Shown in pieces: positions 36,885 through 44,837 of a DNA stretch of 64,000 nt. Positions within the stretch are counted from its first letter, which is position 1. Each line of letters opens with the position of its first letter. The stretch lies in IMG/VR virus record IMGVR_UViG_3300011113_000633, one strand, 5' to 3'. The translations under genes and the position numbers were made by a program. This DNA is from an uncultured virus (IMG/VR IMGVR_UViG_3300011113_000633) (lineage: Duplodnaviria; Heunggongvirae; Uroviricota; Caudoviricetes). Below the pieces are notes generated by a model. The model was given only the letters and a program-made list of their open reading frames with translations. It was not told the origin of the DNA and searched no databases.

Positions 36885-37979
36885 ATGGCATATCCAGGCC
36901 CAGCGGGTGGTGCAGTTACTGGAGCAGACCTGTCGGCAATCACAACGACTGGCTACTCAAGTGATGCAACACTCTCACCAGCAATTCAACAAATTTGGTC
37001 AAAAGAGATTTTGTTCCAAGCAATGCCTGTTCTTCGTTTTGAACAGTTCGCAGTAAAGAAGACAGAACTTGGCGTAATGCCTGGTTTGACAGTTAACTTT
37101 ATGCGTTACACCAACCTCACAACTAACGACTATGCAGGCGCAGAATTGGTTGAAGGCGTTCGCATGGAGCCAAGTGCTCTTTCGGCAAGTCAGATTCAAA
37201 TCACCGTAAAGGAACAAGGCAAGTCAGTTGCTGTCACCGAGTTGTTGCTTAACGCAGCATTTGATGACGTAATGGCATCGGCCTCACGTCTCCTTGGTCG
37301 TCACATGGCACAATCCATGGATATCCAGGCACGTAACACGCTTTACAGCGCAGGTGTTCCATTTGCTGGTGGTGCAGCAGTTGCTCCAAGCGTAGTGTTT
37401 GGTCGCAACACCAACGGTTCAACACGTGGTTCAATTGCTCCTTACGAGTACTCATCGGCTGGGTCGGCTTCGGCTCCTGGCTATCTCTCACCTGCAACTA
37501 TCAAGGACGCAGTTGAAGTACTTGCTGGTCAGAACATCCCACGTCTTGGCGACACATACGTGTGCTTCGTTCACCCATCACAAAGCCGTTCGCTTCGTGA
37601 CTGGCCTGAATTCATTGAAGTCACTAAGTACGCTGCTCCAGGCAACTTCATGCTTGGTGAAATTGGTCGTCTCTACGACGTTGTGTTCATTGAAACTACA
37701 CAAGTGCTTCAAGGTCAAGCATCTACAGATGTTGTAGACCTTAGCCCAGGTGTAGCAGGAAACTTGGACCCAATTTCAACATCGTACAACGCGATGATGA
37801 TTGGTGACAACGCATTTGGTCAAGCAATTGCCTTGCCAGTTGAGTTGCGAGATGGTGGCGTCATTGACTTTGGTCGTGAGCATGGTCTTGCTTGGTACGC
37901 AATCTGGGGCTTCGGAGTTATCACTCACGAAAGCCGAGTGCTTATCAACACCAAGGGTGGCGCAATCGGCGCTTCCTGA
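36885..37979 (+). CDS. Major capsid protein (N4-gp56-like)
   Basis: RFEQFA.K..L...PG.TV.F.RY, YVC.VHP, GEIG..., DFGR..G.AWY; followed by a terminator. Confidence 0.9.
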   Translation: MAYPGPAGGAVTGADLSAITTTGYSSDATLSPAIQQIWSKEILFQAMPVLRFEQFAVKKTELGVMPGLTVNFMRYTNLTTNDYAGAELVEGVRMEPSALSASQIQITVKEQGKSVAVTELLLNAAFDDVMASASRLLGRHMAQSMDIQARNTLYSAGVPFAGGAAVAPSVVFGRNTNGSTRGSIAPYEYSSAGSASAPGYLSPATIKDAVEVLAGQNIPRLGDTYVCFVHPSQSRSLRDWPEFIEVTKYAAPGNFMLGEIGRLYDVVFIETTQVLQGQASTDVVDLSPGVAGNLDPISTSYNAMMIGDNAFGQAIALPVELRDGGVIDFGREHGLAWYAIWGFGVITHESRVLINTKGGAIGAS

Positions 37980-37997
37980 TAATCTCAGGTAATTAAT

Positions 37998-38032
37998 TAA
38001 AGGGCCAGTGGGACTTACCCACTGGCCCTTTA
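37998..38032 (+). terminator. Intrinsic terminator-like hairpin after capsid gene
   Basis: TAAAGGGCCAGTGGG-ACTTA-CCCACTGGCCCTTTA, 15-bp perfect stem. Confidence 0.85.
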
Positions 38033-38064
38033 TACTTGTAAGTGTCCAACCATAAGGAGAAAAC

Positions 38065-38295
38065 ATGGTACGTAAAACAAAACAATTTGCTGAAGAAGTA
38101 GAAACTAATGAAGTTGAAGTTGCAATTCCTGTTCCAGCAGAAGGTAGTAACCTAGTTCAAGCCCGTATCAAGGGAACTTGGAAAATGTACTGGGGCCAGG
38201 AAGTGTATAATTTTGTAGATGGAAAACGATTCAATATCTCAAAAGATTTGTACGACTACCTGCGTAAGAGTGGAAATATTTACGACACTTTGTAA
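38065..38295 (+). CDS. Hypothetical protein after capsid
   Basis: AAGGAG RBS; TATACT at 38031. Confidence 0.7.
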   Translation: MVRKTKQFAEEVETNEVEVAIPVPAEGSNLVQARIKGTWKMYWGQEVYNFVDGKRFNISKDLYDYLRKSGNIYDTL

Positions 38296-38304
38296 AGGAT
38301 TTTA

Positions 38305-38937
38305 ATGGCGGGTTTTACAATCCCCAATGCACCAGATACCAATAAATCAACACTGGACCAATCAGAGCCAGACCGCGTTGATTTTGAGATTCTAGGCAAT
38401 CGCAGAAAAGGCGTTGTTTCTGGTGCTGCAGTAACTGTTGTTTCTGGCAACATTGTTGCTGTTGCTTCTGGCTCTATTGCATATGAAGGAACTGATTATG
38501 CACTGTCGGCTAACGGTTCATACTCATTGTCAAGTGCTCCAACTTCTGGAAACCGTTTTGATTTAGTAGTTGCTAGGTATGCAACCTCTGCTGTAACTAT
38601 TCAAACAGTTACTGGAACTGCTAGTTCTACAAACCCAGTATTTCCAGTGCTTCCTTCTACCGATATTGTTCTTGCAGCAGTATTGCGTCGTGCCAACGAA
38701 TCAATTGTTGCAAATGACATTATTGACAAACGGGCTTTTTGTTTGGCATCTACTCCATCAACTATTACTTTAGGTACAAACACAACTGGTGATTATGTTG
38801 CATCCCTTGTTGCTGGAACTGGTATTACATTAACAAACAACAGCGGTGAAGGTGCTACACCTACAATTGCAGTAAGCAGTGTTCCATTATCTGGTGATGA
38901 TGACCAAATTGTTCTTGGTTCACGTGTATTTGGTTAA
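38305..38937 (+). CDS. Virion protein carrying the fibre module
   Basis: NRFDLVV..GTA..NP..P; LGTNTTGDYV..LVAGTG..NNSGEG module shared with fibres. Confidence 0.7.
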   Translation: MAGFTIPNAPDTNKSTLDQSEPDRVDFEILGNRRKGVVSGAAVTVVSGNIVAVASGSIAYEGTDYALSANGSYSLSSAPTSGNRFDLVVARYATSAVTIQTVTGTASSTNPVFPVLPSTDIVLAAVLRRANESIVANDIIDKRAFCLASTPSTITLGTNTTGDYVASLVAGTGITLTNNSGEGATPTIAVSSVPLSGDDDQIVLGSRVFG

Positions 38938-38945
38938 CGGTCAAT

Positions 38946-39098
38946 ATGACCGAAAGACCAATTCCTAAGCCAACTGGAACGGTACAAGACGCAACTCGTG
39001 TGCGAAGAATGATGGTTCATCGCCAACGAGAAGCATACCCAGCAATTAATTATCCAGACCAAGACACCATCCCTGGTGTAGATTCGGCGGATGAATAA
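38946..39098 (+). CDS. Hypothetical 50-aa protein MTERPIPKP...
   Basis: Translated by hand; TAATG coupling to next ORF. Confidence 0.55.
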   Translation: MTERPIPKPTGTVQDATRVRRMMVHRQREAYPAINYPDQDTIPGVDSADE

Positions 39099-39907
39099 TG
39101 GCTCATTTTAATCCAGTAATAGTTGAAGAAGTTACTACACTTGCTCGTAACTTTTTACGTGATTTTCCAAAGTTCTTTCAAACTTCTTTTGAGGCAACCA
39201 CTCGTACATACGAATTAGGACACCCAAACATTGATACAGATAGTTTATACATTGCTATATACACATCTTCTACACCTACAGAATTGGCTGCTTCGGCATT
39301 TTCATTAGATGCTAGAAACGGTATTTTAAGATTAAGTAGCACCCCAGCAGCCAACAGCAGTCTTATGGTTGAAGGTTATCACTACGAATGGATTTTGCCA
39401 GCAGACCTTAAGTTTTATGCACATCATGCTATTGAAGAACATGTTTACAATCTGTCTACACCATTAGAAAACATGTCTGGAATTGTTATTGACACAATTG
39501 GAATGGCAACAGTTGTTAATTCTTTGTGGGCTTTGTTGAGCGAATATAGCCGAGACATTGACGTAATGACTTCTGAATCGGTTCACATTCCTGGCAGTCA
39601 ACGTTTTAGAATGGTTCAAAGCCTTCTTGAATATTGGCAACGACAGTACGAAAATCAAGCACGTGCTCTTAACATTGGTGTTAATCGCATTGAAGTGATG
39701 AACCTAAGCCGAGTTTCACGAACTACAAATCGTTACATACCAATCTACCGCGCTCGTGAAATTGGTGATTATGGTCCAATTGAACGAGTGTTTCCAGAAC
39801 GAGATAAAGGAACTATTGAAATTGAGGATAAAGGCGACGACCTAAGAGAGGACGTATTTGTAGATACAAATCCTCCTAGCAGTCTCTATAACACTGGACA
39901 CTTTTAA
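39098..39907 (+). CDS. Head-tail adaptor (neck) protein
   Basis: Position; 269 aa. Confidence 0.55.
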   Translation: MAHFNPVIVEEVTTLARNFLRDFPKFFQTSFEATTRTYELGHPNIDTDSLYIAIYTSSTPTELAASAFSLDARNGILRLSSTPAANSSLMVEGYHYEWILPADLKFYAHHAIEEHVYNLSTPLENMSGIVIDTIGMATVVNSLWALLSEYSRDIDVMTSESVHIPGSQRFRMVQSLLEYWQRQYENQARALNIGVNRIEVMNLSRVSRTTNRYIPIYRAREIGDYGPIERVFPERDKGTIEIEDKGDDLREDVFVDTNPPSSLYNTGHF

Positions 39908-40446
39908 TGGACGCCCGAACTGAACTAGGGCTTATCAGAAAACGTTACCGAGAATATTCTCGGTTAGTCGGTGAGTCTATTATCTACTATGAGTTTCTTC
40001 CGTTTGGAAACGCCGCTAGTTCTACTGGTTCATACTTTGATGACGTCTACGATGAAGGAATAAAAGGAACTGGAGGACGTAAATATAAAAAAGGTATTAT
40101 CCTTCCAGTCTTGATGATTACAGAAACTGAAGACCAAAAGCGTTCAATTCCAGAAGGTCGTCAGCCAATTGAAGTCGTTAATTTTGTAGCCTCGGTAGAA
40201 GACTTTAGGTCTGCTGGAATAACTAACGTTTGGGAATATAAAACCCATCTTAATGACCTATTTACGTACGACGGAAGATACTTTACTGTAACTTCTTACA
40301 AAGTTCGCGGTAGAGCCAAAGACGACATTATCGTAGTAGTTGAAGGTCTTGAAGTGTACTTTAACCAAGAGTACCCTTTTGACCCAAACCCCACGTTTAC
40401 TAATATCAGTAACCTTCCTTGGCCTTCTAAACTTCCTAGTATCTGA
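39907..40446 (+). CDS. Head closure/stopper protein
   Basis: Position; D.F.YDGRYF.V beta pattern. Confidence 0.55.
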   Translation: MDARTELGLIRKRYREYSRLVGESIIYYEFLPFGNAASSTGSYFDDVYDEGIKGTGGRKYKKGIILPVLMITETEDQKRSIPEGRQPIEVVNFVASVEDFRSAGITNVWEYKTHLNDLFTYDGRYFTVTSYKVRGRAKDDIIVVVEGLEVYFNQEYPFDPNPTFTNISNLPWPSKLPSI

Positions 40447-40517
40447 TAAACTTGATTTAACTTTAGCGAGCGCTAAAGGGTACAACTGCCTAGAAGAATT
40501 GGAGTGCATTAACAAGC

Positions 40518-40931
40518 ATGTCGTCTGCCGCACGTTCTTCTAGACCATCATTTATTTCTGGTGAGTTTGAAGTTGTACGATATGCAGAATTCTTGGCTAA
40601 AAACTATGCTAGTGCTTTGGCTCAGGCTATCAAAGAAAGCACTAAAGAAGAAACTATTGCCTTACAGGAAAGGGCTAAAAACTCTAAGACTGATTGGACT
40701 AAAGTTTCAGATAGTTTAGAAGTTACTTACAATGAAAGCACTGGAACTGTTGATTACGGAATACCTGGTAATGACGAAAAAGCCCGTCTTGCTACAGACC
40801 TTGAGTATGGTGTTCCAACAAAAGTTGCCCCACAACCGTTGCTTCGTTCACAAGTTTTAGGAAATCAAACAGAACTTAGCAATAAAATTGCTAATAAAGT
40901 TCATGCTAAATTAACGGCAAAATACCGATGA
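40518..40931 (+). CDS. Neck/tail completion protein
   Basis: LEYG....APQP.LR (HK97 gp10-like). Confidence 0.55.
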   Translation: MSSAARSSRPSFISGEFEVVRYAEFLAKNYASALAQAIKESTKEETIALQERAKNSKTDWTKVSDSLEVTYNESTGTVDYGIPGNDEKARLATDLEYGVPTKVAPQPLLRSQVLGNQTELSNKIANKVHAKLTAKYR

Positions 40932-41650
40932 GTAGAGTTGGTTTTCTCCTTGCCGAAGATGAGGCTCTTAAAAACTTGTTTGCAGGAATGACCGTTCCCG
41001 ATGACAGAAACAACGAACGTCCAGTAGAAGTCTTTTTTAGATATCCAGAAGGTGAAACAGAACGTTCATATCCATTTGTTACTTTGGAACACATTGATAT
41101 TATTCATGCTAGAAATAGGCAACATTCAGAATCTGATATCTACTACAGAACTGGTGCAGGAGCCGCACCTGCTATTCCAGCAGGTTCTGCAAATCGTATG
41201 GATTATTGGCCTAGCGTATCTACTAACTTTAACTTTAAAACAAACAAAAATAGTTACGCTTACCTAGAGGCTAACGAACATGTCCCTGTTGACTTGCTTT
41301 ACCAAATCTCTACGTTTACACGAACAGCCTTACATGACAGGTACCTAACTGCAAAAATGTTGACCGAGATATTTCCTTGGCGAAAAGGGTTTATTGACAT
41401 TGGAGCAGATGGAACCATTAGGCGTTTAGACCTGTTGGACTGGACTACAGCAGACCTACTTGACCCAGAGGCTGGCTATCGCAAACGTATTTTCCGAAAA
41501 GTTTACACCGTACAAATGACCGCCGAGATTCCATCGTCTCGTATTGTGGGCACTAAGGCGGTTACTACAGTTGTTGGCGGTGTTGAGCGAATTAACAGCG
41601 TCAATGGAAGCGTATATAATATGAGCACTAACTCTGAAGAACAATTTTAA
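40928..41650 (+). CDS. Tail terminator/sheath stabiliser
   Basis: YPFVTL, PVDL.YQI; directly before the sheath gene. Confidence 0.6.
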   Translation: MSRVGFLLAEDEALKNLFAGMTVPDDRNNERPVEVFFRYPEGETERSYPFVTLEHIDIIHARNRQHSESDIYYRTGAGAAPAIPAGSANRMDYWPSVSTNFNFKTNKNSYAYLEANEHVPVDLLYQISTFTRTALHDRYLTAKMLTEIFPWRKGFIDIGADGTIRRLDLLDWTTADLLDPEAGYRKRIFRKVYTVQMTAEIPSSRIVGTKAVTTVVGGVERINSVNGSVYNMSTNSEEQF

Positions 41651-41711
41651 AGAATATTAATGTGTATAGTTTCAATATCTAAGGTATACTTTCTGTAAGG
41701 AGTAATCCACA

Positions 41712-43199
41712 ATGGCATTTCAACGACCTGGCGTTTACGTATCTGAAGGCGCCTTTACTACATCAGCAACTTCTGGCACAGCCACGGTATCCGCTGGCTT
41801 TATTGCGCCTGCACCACGTGGTCCAGTTGTTCCAACAAAGGTAACGTCATGGACAGCGTATAAATCACTGTACGGTGATATTGAAGACGCTTATGACCTT
41901 CCATACGCGGTTTATCACTATTTTGCAAATGGTGGTCGCAGCGCATATGTTTCTCGTGTATACGATTCTTCTGATGCTGCTTCTGCATCAGCAAACGTTG
42001 CTGGAACAGTTAACGGTGGCGGTTCCACTACTGTATTTAAAGTACGCGCTGCAAACCCTGGAACTTGGGGCAACAACCTTACTGTGTCCGTAACCGCTGG
42101 GTTGGTTACTGGTAATGAACCAACTTTTAACTTAATTGTTAAATTGAACGGAACAGAAGTTGAACGTTGGAACGAAGTCAGTCTTGATTTGGATTCCAAT
42201 CGTTATTTGGGAACGGTAGTAAATACTTATTCTACATATATTACGGTTTCAAACATTGCTACATATACTTCTGCTTTCACTGTTACTGCAGTATCTAACT
42301 CTGCATTGGCATCTGGCGCAGATGGCTCAACTCCTGCTAACGCAGATTGGGAAGACGCGGTAGACGCATTTGATTCAGTTAACGAAGAATTAGTTCTTAA
42401 CTTGGTCAACAAAACAACTGCTGCAGTTGTCAACTACGCATTATCATATGCTGAAACTCGTGGAGATTGTTTTGTAGTTATTGACCCAGCATCGGTTACA
42501 TCAGGTGCTGATGCAGTTTCTGCTATTTCTGGATATACGGCTTCTTCATACGGTGCTGTGTATTATCCAAAACTTAAGATGGTTGACCCATCAAAAACTG
42601 GTGCTGCTGCAATTCGCGATACTGCACCTGGTGGGGCTATTCTTGGGTTGTATTCACGAGTTGAAGCAGAACGAACAGTTGCAAAAGCACCTGCTGGTTT
42701 TGGTTACGACGTTCGTAATGCTTTTGGTCTTGTAACTTCGTTTACCGAAGCAGAACAAGGAACAATGTATGATGCTCACGTAAACACCATGAAAGCAATT
42801 CCTGGTGCTGGTGTAATCATCAACGGTGCTCGCACTTTGAAGAAAACAGATATCACAAAGTATGTTCCAACACGTCGTAGTCTTAACTACGTCAAGGCTC
42901 AATCAAAGCGCCTTACAGACTTTGCAGTATTTGAACCAAACAATGAACGTCTTTGGACAAACATTCAAGTTCGCCTATCTAAGTTTCTTGCTGAGTTTTG
43001 GAGTGCAGGAGGTCTTAAAGGGCGTAACACAAGCGAAGCGTTTTATGTTTTGTGCGATTCAACAAACAACACAACAAACACGATTGAAAATGGTGAAGTT
43101 CATGTAGAGGTCGGGATTGCACTGCAAACTCCTGCCGAATTTATTGTTATTGAAGTTAGCCAATTTGTTGGCGGCTCAAATCTGAACGAAACTGTTTAA
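41712..43199 (+). CDS. Tail sheath protein
   Basis: RPGVYV.E, YFANGG, KAPAG, GARTL, YV..RR, VFEPN, PAEFIVI. Confidence 0.95.
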   Translation: MAFQRPGVYVSEGAFTTSATSGTATVSAGFIAPAPRGPVVPTKVTSWTAYKSLYGDIEDAYDLPYAVYHYFANGGRSAYVSRVYDSSDAASASANVAGTVNGGGSTTVFKVRAANPGTWGNNLTVSVTAGLVTGNEPTFNLIVKLNGTEVERWNEVSLDLDSNRYLGTVVNTYSTYITVSNIATYTSAFTVTAVSNSALASGADGSTPANADWEDAVDAFDSVNEELVLNLVNKTTAAVVNYALSYAETRGDCFVVIDPASVTSGADAVSAISGYTASSYGAVYYPKLKMVDPSKTGAAAIRDTAPGGAILGLYSRVEAERTVAKAPAGFGYDVRNAFGLVTSFTEAEQGTMYDAHVNTMKAIPGAGVIINGARTLKKTDITKYVPTRRSLNYVKAQSKRLTDFAVFEPNNERLWTNIQVRLSKFLAEFWSAGGLKGRNTSEAFYVLCDSTNNTTNTIENGEVHVEVGIALQTPAEFIVIEVSQFVGGSNLNETV

Positions 43200-43208
43200 G
43201 GAGAAATA

Positions 43209-43853
43209 ATGGCTATTTCACAACGTACTGACCCACTTCGTAATTTTAAATTCCAAATTCAAATTGTGGGCGCACCTGACCTAACAAGTCACACTTCATC
43301 AGGAACTGGCACAGGTCTTGATGGTCTTGGCTTTGCTGAAATGTCTGGTTTGAGTGTTACCAACGAATTGATTGCTTACCGTGAAGGTGGCATGAACACA
43401 CACCCACACAAAATGGTTGGTCAATCAGACTTCCCACCAGTGTCGTTTAGCCGTGGTGTTTTTTCAAATCAAGCGCAAATGTGGAAATGGCAAACATTTA
43501 TCCACTCATGGCAACAAGGAACAGCGGCTACTGGAAGCACTGGTTTGTTAAAATCAGGAGGTAGCAATGACTACCGTTGCGATATTGTTGTTCGTGTTTT
43601 TGACCACCCTTACACTCGTAACGACGGTATTGGTGGCTCATACCAAGCAACTGATTTGCCTGCAGGAGACACAAAACCAGGTAAAGTTCAATTAGCATTT
43701 AAATTGTTTAATTGCTGGCCTGGTGTTTTTGCAATGAACGGTCTTAACGCTGGTGACAACGGTATTTTGATTCAACAAATGACCGTGCACCATGAAGGCT
43801 TCTATGTTGCATTTACTGAGAACGAAATTGACCAAATTGGAACTACTCGTTAA
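43209..43853 (+). CDS. Tail tube protein (T4 gp19-like)
   Basis: DPLRNFKF, F.E.SGL, YREGG, L.NCWP, HEG. Confidence 0.92.
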   Translation: MAISQRTDPLRNFKFQIQIVGAPDLTSHTSSGTGTGLDGLGFAEMSGLSVTNELIAYREGGMNTHPHKMVGQSDFPPVSFSRGVFSNQAQMWKWQTFIHSWQQGTAATGSTGLLKSGGSNDYRCDIVVRVFDHPYTRNDGIGGSYQATDLPAGDTKPGKVQLAFKLFNCWPGVFAMNGLNAGDNGILIQQMTVHHEGFYVAFTENEIDQIGTTR

Positions 43854-43887
43854 TTAATTTAATAATTTACAACTTAAGGAGCACTAT

Positions 43888-44688
43888 ATGTCTACTGAAC
43901 TTTCGTCTCAAGCCGAGGCTGTAAACCAAGCACTTCAAGAACCAGCACCTAAGGTAGACCTTCCAACAAGTTTAAAGGTTGACCTTTTTCGTGGTTTATA
44001 CGAACCTTCTTCAAAAGAGTGGTATACAACTGCAACTGTTCGTGAACTTAACGGAGAAGACGAAGAGGCTCTTTCTGCTTTTGACGTTCAAAAAAACGTT
44101 ACCTATTCGGAGTATATGACCCATCTTTTAAAACGTGGGGTTGTAACAATTGGAAATGTTGAAGTAAAAGGTAGAGCAGAAATCATTGACGACTTAATTG
44201 TTGGCGATAGAGATGCTTTGTTTTTGGGAGTTTTAAAAGCAACTTATGGTCGTTATCGTGAGTTTCAAGTAACTTGTCGCGAATGTAGTGGAGACAACGA
44301 CATTACTATAGACCTAGATACAGACTTTAAAAGCGAGCCTGTAAAAGTAAACCTTCACCAACCAATTGATGTAAAACTAAAAAACAACACCACAGTTCAA
44401 CTACGCTATCCAACTGGTGGTGATAGCCAAATTGCTGGTAAACGTGGTAAAACTACGGCTGAACAAAATACTATTATCTTGTCACGATGTGCATTATTAG
44501 ACGGTAAAACTACTGCTGAAAAAGAGGCGTGGGCTAGGGGGTTGTCATTGGCTGACCGTAACAAGTTAGTTAAAGCCCTCTTCTCGGCGCAACCAGGGCC
44601 TCGTATGGAAGAGGTGGAAACCCAATGCTCCCACTGTAATGCTAAGATAGTACTAGCATTAGATTGGGTCGCACTTTTATTTGGCTAA
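43888..44688 (+). CDS. Tail/baseplate assembly chaperone
   Basis: VRELNG.DEE, GDRD.L...TYG, CREC and CSHC pairs. Confidence 0.75.
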   Translation: MSTELSSQAEAVNQALQEPAPKVDLPTSLKVDLFRGLYEPSSKEWYTTATVRELNGEDEEALSAFDVQKNVTYSEYMTHLLKRGVVTIGNVEVKGRAEIIDDLIVGDRDALFLGVLKATYGRYREFQVTCRECSGDNDITIDLDTDFKSEPVKVNLHQPIDVKLKNNTTVQLRYPTGGDSQIAGKRGKTTAEQNTIILSRCALLDGKTTAEKEAWARGLSLADRNKLVKALFSAQPGPRMEEVETQCSHCNAKIVLALDWVALLFG

Positions 44689-44830
44689 TCTAGTCAGGGT
44701 TTATTGGGAGTACGAAGCGATTGCCTCTACGTATAGGGGTTTTGGTCTAAAAGACCTTAAAACTATGACGGTAAGACAACGAGCATACTGGTTCAGGATG
44801 GCTAGTTGGCGAAACTCCAGTGGAGGCTAA
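44681..44830 (+). CDS. Short chaperone-extension ORF (TTG start or frameshift product)
   Basis: Translated by hand: VYWEYEAIA..Y.GF.LKDLK.M.VRQR.YW; +1 frame relative to the chaperone. Confidence 0.6.
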   Translation: MANLVRVYWEYEAIASTYRGFGLKDLKTMTVRQRAYWFRMASWRNSSGG

Positions 44831-44837
44831 TTAAATA

